Part shown: positions 10,377 through 23,154 of the stretch, in pieces | Numbering within the stretch: position 1 is the stretch's first letter | Layout: each line of letters begins with the position of its first letter | Assembly: GCA_023231475.1 (NCBI GenBank) | Contig: JALJEE010002989.1 | Span: 1-46,316 of the forward strand | DNA: 46,316 bases | Reading direction: 5' to 3' | From: Seison nebaliae | Taxonomy: Eukaryota | Made by a program: the position numbers and the translations under genes | Notes under the pieces: model-generated | Databases searched by the model: none | What the model was told of the DNA's origin: nothing | What the model saw: only the letters and a program-made list of their open reading frames with translations

Positions 10377-11996
10377 TCAGGCATAAGTTGTTTGAGTCGT
10401 TTGATTCATTAGTCGGATCTGTCCTTCGATCAATCGATGATTTATTTGATAACTTTCATCATTCTCATAATCGCGTCGAACTGGTTTCCTCTTAGACGTT
10501 TTACGGTCAATTGAAAGATTTTCATTTCCTCTCTCATTCTCCACACGTCTCGTAGTTGTGATTGTTTTGGAGCGATGTGGTACTCGTTTCGGTGAAGTTA
10601 AATCTTTATTAACCGGATGTCTTACCGTCGTGACAAACATTGGTCTTTTTCCATCATCCACTTTCTTCTTCTTATTATTAATTGGATAACTATCATTATA
10701 AAATGATTTATTGGTGAAATGATCTTTCTCCTCCAACGACGATTCACGAAGTGGTTGTGATTTAGTCAAATTATTTTTATCACTATAATAATTTCCTTTG
10801 GAAACGGGTTTTCTCACCGTTTCTGGTGGTGGTGATGATTCTCTTTGTTCTTGTGGATGATTACTTATTCGATTTATTCGATAATTTCGTGTCTTCTTCT
10901 TTGGAGTAATTTTAGCGAAAAGTGAAACGTATTTGAATTGAGCAACTTTTGGTGAAGAATTCCATCTCGGTTTTTCTGGATTGACAGTTGACTGTTTAAC
11001 AGGTCGAATTGGTTGACGAATAATTTTCGGTTGTTGATAACCTTTCTTTTTCGGACTATTCGTTTGGAATCGTTGGACAGGAAAATCGCCAAAATTGGAT
11101 TTTCGATGTGTCTTGTTAAATTTCGGTTTTGGTGATGGTGATCTTTCTATCTCTTTAACATTCTGTTCTGGTTCATATTGTGACTGATTATGATTGATGA
11201 TATTATTATTGAAAGTGGCTAAAGATGAAGATTTCTCCAATTTTATTGGTTCTGCTTCTTGTCGACGATACCTGGGCGTTAAGTCAACAGTGACTTGTTC
11301 ATCTTTATCGTTCGACAGTTTTCCTCGTTTCTTTTTCTTCTTGAAGAGTGAGGGATGAATATCGAATTTTTTATAATTACTTTCATCACCATGACTAATA
11401 TGTTTATTCTGATCAATTAAATTTTGGAATTGAGAAGCTGATCGAAATTTCACCGATTCAACAGTCATTTGTCTCCATCGATCGGTTGCCGGATTCAAAC
11501 GGATTAATTCCAACGGTTGTTTCCTACTATCAGCCGTTGCAATACTATTCGCATATGACGGTGCTTTCGACAGTGTATTTTTGGAGACTAAAGAATCGCC
11601 ACTCATTATACCTAACGACGGTGTATGTGACACGAGAGAGAAGTTGTCGCTATTTTTGTTATTTGGATTTATATGAGATTTCCGTTGAGTTTGTAAGAAA
11701 TCTTGAGTTGGTAAGAGTTTTTTACTCTTCTGTCGTTGATGGAATAGATTAGGTGAGATGGTATGTTTCTCTAAACGACGTCGATTATTTCCCATCCGAT
11801 CAAAGATCGTATGAGAAGAATCATCCAACGTATCTACATTATTTACATTTCTCATCGGCTGCGATGATAATTTGGTAGCAGTAAATTCTGACGGTTTTCC
11901 CAATTGCATCACATCCATCTGGTGGTCATTACTGACACCATCGATGATATCATACGATAATCGGTCGAATGTCAAAATATCGTCACGAGAATTCAT
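10377..11996 (-). CDS. Uncharacterised basic, S/P/K/R-rich intronless protein (~539 aa from first ATG)
   Basis: 1.6-kb ORF. First ATG at 11996 (the ORF track start is TTG). No domain recognised. Confidence 0.7.
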   Translation of the reverse strand: MNSRDDILTFDRLSYDIIDGVSNDHQMDVMQLGKPSEFTATKLSSQPMRNVNNVDTLDDSSHTIFDRMGNNRRRLEKHTISPNLFHQRQKSKKLLPTQDFLQTQRKSHINPNNKNSDNFSLVSHTPSLGIMSGDSLVSKNTLSKAPSYANSIATADSRKQPLELIRLNPATDRWRQMTVESVKFRSASQFQNLIDQNKHISHGDESNYKKFDIHPSLFKKKKKRGKLSNDKDEQVTVDLTPRYRRQEAEPIKLEKSSSLATFNNNIINHNQSQYEPEQNVKEIERSPSPKPKFNKTHRKSNFGDFPVQRFQTNSPKKKGYQQPKIIRQPIRPVKQSTVNPEKPRWNSSPKVAQFKYVSLFAKITPKKKTRNYRINRISNHPQEQRESSPPPETVRKPVSKGNYYSDKNNLTKSQPLRESSLEEKDHFTNKSFYNDSYPINNKKKKVDDGKRPMFVTTVRHPVNKDLTSPKRVPHRSKTITTTRRVENERGNENLSIDRKTSKRKPVRRDYENDESYQINHRLIEGQIRLMNQTTQTTYA

Positions 11997-12154
11997 TGTC
12001 AAAATATTATTGGAAAACACTTTCCTCAATTTGAGTTAAATGAATTAATTAACGAGAGAATGTTTTCGGGCGGGAATATTCCAATTTTAAAAATAAGAAA
12101 ATACTGAGAATTTATTGACATTAATTAAAGTAAATCATTGAACAAATAATATCT

Positions 12155-15146
12155 TTAGGCCTTTTCGGTCACTACACGGTCTTCTTCATTAAAATTTATA
12201 AACGATTCATCCACCCAATACGTATCCATTGTTCCTTTGCCCTTTAGGAAGAAGAGAAGTAGAAAAAAGAATAAACGGACAATTACATGAAATGTGAAGT
12301 CATATAATAATGAAAGAAATCAACAAAACTTTTACTTCCATCGCCCCACGTTTCGTTACACGGAAGTTCGTTGGAGATAGAGCGAGTGCTGTCGAATATG
12401 TTGTCATAACACGATTATCATCACACAAACTAGTCATTCGCGATGCCACATTCACCGTATCGCCAACTAAACAATATTGAATGGTTTTCAAACCAACTAT
12501 AGCCGCCACTATCGAACCGGAATGAAATCCGACTTTTATTTTTAAACAATTCAAAATATCAGTGTTATACGCCTTTACAGCTGAAACCATTTCCAGTGCC
12601 AAATTCGCCGTCACTTCCGAGCAATTCAACAATAATAATCGTCTTTTGCGTTGTTTAAATTGTTTGTAAGTTATGTTCAAGTCACGAATATATTCACCAA
12701 TCATTCGCTTCTCAAACTTCTCCGCTTTCCACTGATCCAACACCTACGAAACATTTAATTAAAACCGTTTTCTCCGATTCTAACTTCATTCGATATAGAG
12801 GAACATCTGGACATTGTTGATGTCGTAGATAAACATGAAGTACTAGAAAATTTTCGATTTGTACTTTCTTGTATACCGGACACAACCATATAACTGGAAT
12901 CGGCTTTCGTTTCCACCTGAAAATTAGAGTTGAGTATAATTTTTATTTTTGTCAAATTTTAAATAACTTTAAATAAATCATGAGCGAGGACAAGAAAATC
13001 GAAAGTTTTATAAATTTGATTGATCTCATTGATTAGAGCTTGGGGACTCTTAATTCGTTCTACCAATTTCTCAAATTGACAAATCTTCACAAACAATATC
13101 GAAACATGATTGTAAGTCTGTAGAAGAAGATTTTTGTAAATTATTTAATTTCCACGATTATTTAATAGATTTTCGATTTTACAAACTTCGAAAGAATTGA
13201 AGATATTTTCATTTTGTTTCAGTTTTAGAGCGATATGTCGAGGCAACATGTTCGATAACAATTTATCAGTTTGTTTCGACTGTTTATATAAAAATTTCTG
13301 AGCGTCCTGTAATTTCTCCATGACACAAATTTGCTTTTTAATTCATAAAATTATTTGAAGAAAGAAAAAGATGATAACATTGGCAAATGCCATTTGTAAT
13401 GTTTTGGACGTTGCATTTCCTTCCATGATTATTGAACGATTCAAATCATAAAGACTCAAATCATTCAGATATAATCCCACCGTTTTCAATTCATCTAAAT
13501 CATTCACTCTTATGGATTAATTAAGAAATTGAAAATTTTAAATATGAACTTTGGTCCTCCGATATAGAGGAGACATTCCCATTCGTCGATATATTTCATT
13601 TGACCTTTTAAAGACATCTTGATTCCAGGCTGATTCTTCGTTGCACCGAACTCATATTTCGTTTCCAATTCATAGAGAATATAATTACTCAAACTTATCA
13701 CCTTTCATTTCAACAAACATATCTGATTGAGAAGAGAATGAAGAAAAACTTGAGGAAAATCGAAGTCAAGTGCTGGTCGTTGTAGGTTGAATTGATCCAG
13801 TAGATACTGACCATATAAATCAAAGGGGAAAATTCGTGCAATCGATCGACCAACTCCTCTGATTATCACATCGCGATCAATTATTAAATGGAACGGAAAT
13901 ATCTAAAAGGTATTTTAAATGAAACATATAATTAGAAAAATTTTGTTTCCTTATTTCTGTTAACTAAATTATCAAGAATTATTCGTACAATTCGTTCAAT
14001 TATTCTTCATCTTTTATTTGCTGTAATTCAAAAGAAGCTTTTTTCATTAATCTTAATGAATTCGCTTATTAACCGGTTTTTAACTGATTGAAAAAAGGTT
14101 TGAGAAACCATTTAATTGTGCCGAATATTATTAAAATGGAAAATCTTAACCAAAATATTCAGTTTTTGTAATTATAAAATAATAATAATAATAATGTCAC
14201 ATACATAAAGTTAGTGTTGTTAATCCACTAATACTATAGTAGTAATATAATAAACTTTAATAATGATAGAAATTTATTTGAAGACGAGAAATATTTTAAA
14301 CTTTTGCCAAAATACTATAATTGAGTGTTGTTTGGAATATTTTGTTTCTTTTTTGGAACATCGAAAATTTGTCATGATAAGACCAATCGGATGTCAATGA
14401 ATTGATTGATGATCGTCTGGTAAGAATTTCAAATTGTCCAGTTAATTTCCTTTTCATATTCTTATGATATTCATTCACCATTTGTTGTCGAACTTTCAAA
14501 TTATCGAAATAAATTCGGAAGATTATGAAGGATCCTGTTAAATGGAATGGTATATAGGTAGAAATATTTTTGAGAGGATTAACCTGTTGGTCCGCTCTTA
14601 TCTATCACTTGAATTTCGATATCGATTTGATAGAATGTTTTGGACAATGCCAATAATTGACCTTGGATATATCCAGCGAATCCTCTCCTCTGTGACTGAT
14701 AAACGAGATCAATACTTTTGTCTGTTTCATTCTCGATATAAAATAGAGGCGATTGCATTCGAGGGAAAGTGTATTTCATCGTGTAATGTATCTCATCAAT
14801 GGAATGTAGCAGGTCGCTAAAATCCCTGCCAGCGATACGAATTAATTTATCAAAACCGAAATGCGAGAAATATTGCACGAAACATTTCCCGAACATCATT
14901 AAAATATCATCCAATGATTCGGTTTCCGTTATCTCCGCCAATGCTGCAAACGAGAAAATATTGTTCTTCTTTTTCATCTGATGTCTAACCTTGTGCAATT
15001 TTAACGATGATGGAATCGCTATATATTTGATGAGTAATAAAATGACGTTGATCAATATTACATGCATCCATCAATTCATCCCAAACATCTTCACCGTATG
15101 TATCTTTGATGAAAAATTGTACACTTTCCAACAATAATCCATACAT
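12155..15146 (-). CDS. Atypical soluble guanylyl cyclase (H-NOX, PAS/HNOBA, coiled coil, cyclase), Gyc88E/Gyc89D-like, ~11 exons
   Basis: N-terminal MYGLLLESV, heme ligand DEIHYTM, YQSQR (YxSxR), IFPFHLIIDRD, LKGQMKYI, KVETKADSSYMVVSG, IKVGFHSG, YCLVGDTVNVASRM, EVKGKGTMDTYWV. Confidence 0.92.
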
Positions 15147-16191
15147 GTTTCCCCCTTTCGATAAAAAGAATTTCTATCTATAAATAATTTTTATACGAAA
15201 CCATTCGTTATTGGCAGCAATCGTTTGATTGACGTTACAAACATAATAACAGGTAAAAATAATTCTTATTTATTTTCTACTTAAAATCTCCTTACTCAAT
15301 TTGTGCTTTAAAAAAATCTTAATAATTTTGTACGAAAAAAAATTTCTTATCGTATAACTAAAGTTCGTGCCAAAATAATTTTTGTGTATTTTCTACTAGA
15401 AATTTTTGAAGGAGAAGTTATTGGAGGAAAAGTTTAAGAAATTTTTTTTGCAAAGGACAAATTATTATAAAGGTAAATTTTTTATCAATAGAAAATTCAT
15501 TTTTCCATTCTCCTAATTAGTTGGAAGCACCAGAAGAGAAGGATCATGGAATGTTGAATTTGTATAGAATTCAAATTTGATGTCCGAGAGATAAGACTTA
15601 TCGTGATGATGATTATATATATGAAATTATTCAATGAAGTGTTTTCTTTCCGAATTATTTCAATAGCAGTGATGTGTAAATGATACACAATATTAGTAGA
15701 ATAGATTATCAGAATATCATTAATATAAATGCAATCTGATAATTTATTCATGGAGCAGTGAATCAGTCTGGAAAGAAGGAAATTCTTGTTCCACTTTTTA
15801 ATTATATCGTTTATCATCCTAATTCACCGTATCCAATGGTATCTAGGCGGAAGGAGACTTCAATAATTATTCACATGGAATACCGGTAGTTAACTAATCA
15901 ATCTTGATTTGCATGAATCGAAGGTTCTTTCATCATAATCAACATTCTTTCTCCAACCTTCCAACTTTCCATATCAGATGATATTAGTGATAATTAACAC
16001 TTGTCACAATCAGTTTCTTTCCTTTCCAAGACAAGTATGTGCCAATCTGATAATTGAGAATAAAATCATCTTTACACTAATTCATAATAGTAAAGTAATG
16101 CGTTCTTAGTTCGTTTTCAATTCAATTCAAACATAATTCTAATGGAATTGAAATGACTATAATTAAATTAAAGCTCCAGTAATAATTATCG

Positions 16192-17705
16192 ATGAAATTA
16201 GAAATATTTCTTCAATATTTCTTCCTCATCGCCATTAGTGCAACATCAATTTATAAGTTATTATGGAACTTTTATTGATCATTATTCATTTATTACTTCC
16301 CAGATATATTTTGTATAATGTGAAGAATGTGGAGGGATTCAATTTGAGACGAGACGTATTTATTCGTATCACTCAATCAATCATCGAATGGAATAAGTTT
16401 TATTTATTTAAATTTTTAAATTAAGTTTTTTAAAATTTTTTCAAGAAATTTTCCTGATAAAAAAATCAGTATTGTACTCCCTCCATTCCACCACATTTCT
16501 CATTGGAACAAACAAAAAAGTTTAAATAAAATAAATTTCGTCATTTAATTTTAATTCTAAATCAATTTAATTAGATGTGTCTTGGTGGAATTTTTTCGAT
16601 AAAACTTCGATGACGACAATTACTCCAATTTATGATTTTCTAGAAGATTATTATCGTTCGATTTCTATTTAAAATCTAAATACTTTTCATAAACTTTCAG
16701 CATTATTTAAGAGTCGTATCATTGTGGATTTAGTTGTGAAATTACAAGAATTTGAAGAAGGGATTGATTATCAGAATTTCATCGAGAAAATAGAAGAAAG
16801 AAAATGTCTCCACAAATCAATCACTTATCATCAAGTTTTATTATTTCGATTAATTTAATAATAATTCTAAAAACATTTCACAGTTACGGAATGGTGAATG
16901 GCGTGGTTATTTTTGGAATCATCCTGAAATTAGGGTGAAACAATTGAAATGTTTTTCAGCAGTTGGATCGACAAAATTATTATGGAATTTTTTCAACAAC
17001 TCAAATTATCAGTTTGAATTTCCTACAAGAATCTTTTAACCTGGAAAAAATTTCAGAACGATAATGATAGAGAATCTCGAACAATTGTTACATATTGAAT
17101 TCGGGGATAAATTTTATTGGGATATCAGAAATAAAATGGTTTTTTCCTCGCCACTCCAACAGATTGGTGAAAGGTTTTTAAAGAATGAAAATTTGATAGA
17201 AAATTTCAATTTGTTCGATAAGTTGAAGGAGAATCGTTTGACTTGTCAAAAAGATTTAAATCGGATCACTCCTCCCACCAACTATATGGCGATACATTTA
17301 AGAAGACGAGATTTTGGTAATCGACGCGCTACAATTCCTCAAATCAAGAGAACGATCAATCATTTAATGAATAAGAAGAATTTATCAATAACAAATATAT
17401 TTGTGGCAACGGATGATGCAACAGGAAAATTTAAAGAGATTTTAAGAAAAGAATTAAATGGGAAGAAATTGATATTTTCAACAAATAAATTGGATGGTGA
17501 CGACGGCGATTTATCGATCATTGATCAAATAATTTGTTCTTATTCATTATTATTCATCGGAACTGACAGTAGCACATTCTCCTATCGGATATTGGAGGAA
17601 CGTGAATTGATGTTGTTAGATTCGCATTTGACTTTCAATAAATTCTGTCAGAATTTTGAAACGAAGAATTGTAATGAATTTACACGATGGTTATACGTCC
17701 CATAA
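16192..17705 (+). CDS. POFUT2: Protein O-fucosyltransferase 2, 7 exons
   Basis: Signal peptide, KYILYNVKNVEGFNLRRDVFIR, VLPPF...HW, WRGYFW, YMAIHLRRRDF, IFVATD, IIDQIICS, FIGTDSSTFSYRILEERE. Confidence 0.93.
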
Positions 17706-17797
17706 ACGGTTTTGAAAAAAAAAGGAAATTACAATAATAAGAATTTACAATTATTTTTTTATAAATCTAATTCTATAAATTATCATCCATCAATTTT

Positions 17798-20700
17798 TCA
17801 TCTTTGTTCATTTTCCAATATTTTCTTCAATAAACATTCGTTTGGCATATGATCTGCTATTCTTTCGATTTTCAATACTTTGTCTTCCAACTTCTTATAT
17901 TCTTCGTCCATCGTTTCGCGACTCTTCGGTTTCCAGGTTAACATCGTCTCGAATGTCTTATTCAGTCCAGCTCGTTTGCATTTACTATCGATATTCTTTA
18001 TCTTTTGTTTCATCTCTTCCAAATCCTTCGCCAAATCACTTGTTATCTGAGGAGATTGTGCTAAGTTCTCTGCAACGTATATGTCATATTTTGTTTTATG
18101 AAGAATTTAATTTGAAACTTATTTTATGATTGAGTTGTTGCAATTCTTCTTCGATCGCTTTCAATTCATTATCTAATTCGCTACTCTTCTCTTCCAGTTT
18201 CGACGCGGAATCTCTAATTGCACTACTTGAAGTGATGATTTGATCCGATTTGATACTCTCTCCATTCATCTCCGACAATTTATCTTCAATCTCAACAATT
18301 GATGTATTCGTTCCATCTAACAAATATTTCGACGTTCCAATACTCTTATTAAGTTTCTGCAATTTGTCATTCACCAAATCTGATGTCTAGATTGAATTTC
18401 GAATAGAGAAAATTAAATGGGAATATTTTAAAGAAACTTTAGCTACATCATCAACCGTTGTATTGATTCTCTTTAAACTTTCACTTACTTTCTCCAAATC
18501 ATCAGTTCTTCGACTATCCAAATTTTTAATGGATTCATGTAAATTATCCGCATTTTTCATAATCACCGAATATTTTTCTTCATTTTCTTTCTTTGTCACT
18601 ATCGCCTGAACATCCTCAGCTCTCTTTTTCTGCTCCGGATATCTCGTCTCAAAATCTTTTTAAAATAAATTTCAAAAATAAAATTTCCTAAAATATATCT
18701 AATATACCATCTAATATTTCGATTGATTTCTCTAGTTTCGTCTTATATTTCTGAAGTTTATTTTGGGAATTGCGCATTCTTTCCATCAACAACTTATTCT
18801 GATCTTCATAGTTGTCGATTTTCTTTTAATAAAAATAAAGAAATTTCAATTTATAAGAAATGAGAAACTTCTTTTTCTTTCTCAATTTTCATTTGGAGAT
18901 TCTTCGCGTCTGCTTCACTTTCACCTATTTTTTCACCCAATTGCTCCTCCTTCTCAATAGCTTCATCCAAACGACTACTATTAGAGAGAACAGTTTTTAC
19001 CTAAAAAAATGAATTTCTTCAATTTCGAAAGTTGAATGAACTTTTTCTTCGAAAATTTTAATTTCTTTAAAAATTTCATTTCCTCGTTTTGTGGCGTCTA
19101 GTGAACTTTTGATCATTTGAACATTTGAACTTAAATTATCGAATTTCTCTAAGTTCTCCTCTGCTTTCTTCAATACCATTTTGACGGAATTTGTTAATCG
19201 AGTTACTTTTTCTACGGAACTAAAAAATGAGAAAATCAAATGAAATTATTTCAAAATAATTATCAACTGTTGGTCAGCAAATATTTCCGTTTGTCTCTGT
19301 AATTCTTCTTTGTGTTTATTCAATTTATCACATTCGAAAATAAGATTTTGTTGGAAATTTGTCAGATGATCCATCTGCTGATTAATATCTTTCTCTTGTT
19401 CTTCAACCAATTGATATTCCTTATCAATATCAATCAATGCGTTCTTCAAACGACGAATTTGTGGTGACAAATCGTCTTCTAATGATTTCGATTCATCGAC
19501 GATTCGATTAATTTTATCTAAAAGAAAATAAATTTTACAAATTTAAAAGTTTCTTAAAAAAATTTTAACTAATTTCGTCAGTGATCAGTTTCTGTTGTTT
19601 CTCTAATCCGCTAACTTTATCAGTCAATATGGAGACATCATCGAAAAGATATTTATTAGTTTCATCAATTTCAGATCCTAATAATTTGTCACTTTCCGTC
19701 AATTTGGAATCGATGGATTTGATTAAATGTTTCAAATTTTTGAAACTTTCTTCTGATTTACTTTCGTCTAAATATGAGATATTTAATATTGAGAAAAGTT
19801 GATGAAAAAGAAACCTTCCAAATTATCAATTCGTTCAAGAACATCGTCTAATTCTTCTTCGGCCTCATTTGCTTTCTCTTCGAATTTTTCCATTTGATCA
19901 GCATCTTGAGGTTTTTTTGCTAAATCTTCGTATGTTGTCAATGATTCGTCGATTAATCGATTTGATGTTGTAACTGATTTCTTGACTAAATTATAACATT
20001 CATCACATTGAATGCAACCTCGATTCATATCATAAGTATTCACTTCACATTCATCACAACGACGACCGACAACACGATCTCTACAGAAACATTGTCCACC
20101 GTTAGAACAGGTTTTATTGAGAGCACCAATTGGATCACAATCACATTCGGTACAACCGTCGAGTGAAAAACCGTAAGTGTATGATTGACATTGATCACAA
20201 CGACGACCAGTGACACGTTCACGACAATGACATTGCCCTGTATACATATCACACGTACCATTTAATGAACCGGTAACGTCACAATCACAAGCTTGACAGC
20301 CATCAACATCAGGTGAATGGAGATTATAATAACCATCGAGACATTGATCACATTGTAATCCCAGAACATTAGGACGACATAAACATTGTCCTGTGGTTAT
20401 CTCACAATCTATGAGACCGTTTTGATGAACGGGATAAATGATACTGTCATTCTTCGTTCCTAAATGATGACAATTACATGGGAAACATTTATTGTTCGTA
20501 TCTGCACTCGTTGCATTTCCCCAATAACCAATATCACAATCTTGACATTCCCAACCAACCGTATGATGGATACATTTCAAACATTCTCCAGTTACTCGAT
20601 CACAATTATTGATGGCATTCGGATCGATATTACCGTTACAATTACATTTGCTACATTCCGTTTCGGTGATCCATGTTCGTTGTTCGAATTGATCATGTCC

Positions 20701-23154
20701 CGAATAAATCTCGTCGCCGGATTGGAAAAAACCACTGATACATTCGTCACAATATTGACCTTGATGTCCGTTAGGACATTTATCGCAAAAAACTCGATTA
20801 TCAGTTAATAAAGTACAAGTAGAATTGTTGGAACATGGACATTGTTGACAATCATCTTCCGTGCCGATTAATGGTGTTCCATACCATCCATCCTCACATT
20901 TCTCGCATGTCAATCCGGCGGTATGATGCATACATGTACATGCTCCACTCTCTTTGTCACATGATAAGGAATGCTGATGACAATCACATTCAACACATCT
21001 AGAACTGACACCACCGTTCGGAAGTGCACGACGATAACCGTCGATACATTGGGAACAATGTTCACCTGAAAATCCCAAGGGACATTCACACACTTCTACC
21101 CAAGTCGCTGTTTCTCCAACTCTTTCTTCGTATTCCTCCAGATCATAACCGATGGGAACAGCCTTCTTTAATTGGACATCCAACAAAACCGTCGGTTCTG
21201 ATGAGAGTTGAGCCGAAATGAAAATTTTCGTTACATTTGAAAGTAGATACATAAATTGACGATGATCTAATCTCGGTTGCCAATGTTGTTCATTTAGACG
21301 ATATTTGAATTCGTTAGGAGTTTGAGATGGTAACGGATTACCGTTCGAATTGATATAAGTGAACACTTTTTGTCCGTTTCCACCTTCGATCACAATATCA
21401 GAATGAGACGGTTCTGCTACTTGTGACTCGATCATTAAAATAACAGTTAATTGCTGATCATATGATGTGGTCAAATCTCCCAAATATTTCGGAGGTAACA
21501 AGAAACCTGATTTCTCATCACCATCAATGGGAAAGATGGATATTCGATTAGAACCGGTTTGTACTGGAGCCTCCAATTTACTAGGACGGAAATTGTCATT
21601 CGTATCTTTGAAATTGGCAGATATCTGAACGGCTTCATGATCTCTTGACGATTGACAACTTTGTGAATGTCCGTAACAGAAACATGGTAGACAACCATCT
21701 AAATGGCTATCTTGTAAATCGAAATATCCCAATTTACATTCATTACACATATCACCTTTAACATTTCTTTTGCATGTACAAACTCCAGTTCGTTGATCAC
21801 AAATATTGTTAATACTTCCCTCATTACTACAAGTGCATTCACCACAACCGTTTTGAGTGAATGACCAATAACCAGGTAAACATCTATCACATTTATCACC
21901 ACCAACTCCAGGTTTACATTGACATCGACCATTATAATCACAATGTTGATTCAACGATCCCACTTGATTACAGTTACAAGGAACACATTGATTATTCACA
22001 CGATGATATCCAGCCACACAAGATTCACAATGTGCCCCCGCAGTATTATCTCGACAATTGAGACATCGGCCACCAGAGCCGGTTGTATTGAACAAATATT
22101 CATCGAATTGACATTCATTACTCTTCCCATGACAATTACAAGGTTTACATTCAAACGGTTGATCTGGTGTGGCTTGTTTCCATGCAATATCCTGATAAAA
22201 TGGAAGACACTGACCACAATCCGGTCCATCCGTATTGTGCAAACATACACATTTGTAAGTGGCCAATGTGTTCGCATCGCCGTCGCTTCTTGTACATTGT
22301 TCCGCATGTCCATTACAATCACAACGACCGCCAACATTCAAATCATAAATTGCATAATAATAAGATCGTAAGACATTCGTATCTCCGAAAATCTCATCAC
22401 CGAAAGTGTTTAAACGATCTAATCTTATCTCAATTTCTGTCGCTCTCATCCATTCTTTCATTGCCGGATTAGCATCGACATCTTCATTATCATTACTGTC
22501 TTTCGTCACCGCAAACAGTACAGTTCCATCGTTCAACGGTGTAATTCCACTGAATTCACTAGTACATCGTGGACGATCGAAATTTCGATGATGAGTCGCA
22601 TAGTTCAATTTCGATGAATCTTCCATACTATACATTTGTTCACAAGACGCTGAAAAAAACCTCCACGGCTCCATCGAACAATTGGCACAACGTCGTCGAA
22701 GAATTATCATTGACTCCGGTCGAGGTGTACGAAAAGTCAAACGAATATAGAAAATATGAAACGATTTCCCTAATTTCAAATTGAGCGTGACATGTCTCGG
22801 AAATTGAATGGGATATTCCATCGATTGGGATTGCCACCAAGTTGAATCAGATGGAAATCGACCGCCATAAAATTGATCGAAATTCCTGTTCAGATCTGTC
22901 ATCTGTTCAGGTTTGTGCATTAATTTCGGATCATTCGAATCACAATAATGACATTTTCTGGGAGCTTGCATTTCTGTTTGAACGCAATAAATCTGTCTTT
23001 CATCATCACCACAAGTCGAATCACTAGTGATCTGATTCTGGTAGGCGACGTTAATAAGTGGCGATGTCAAATATTCTCCATCGCCCACACTTTCACTTAT
23101 CAAACAAATTAATTGTAAGAGAAGAAAGTATGAATTAAAGAAGTGCTTAAACAT
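17798..23154 (-). CDS. LAMC1: Laminin subunit gamma, 9 exons (exon 1 = 23154-19815)
   Basis: Signal peptide, LN domain (TWWQS, RLNTFGDEIFGD, YYYAIYDLNVGGRCDCNGHA), LE repeats, L4 domain, nidogen loop NIDPNAI, coiled coil, and C-terminal Cys with Glu at position -3 (ENEQR). Confidence 0.95.

Noticed and set aside
12744..12765. Apparent 22-nt intron in sGC
   Set aside because: It leads to a stop. An upstream GTTAGA donor gives a normal 41-nt phase-0 intron.
20040..23027. Numerous overlapping or antisense ORFs within laminin (also within SPEN, USP and others)
   Set aside because: Shadow ORFs caused by codon bias and Cys/Asn/Gln repeats, with no independent coding signal.
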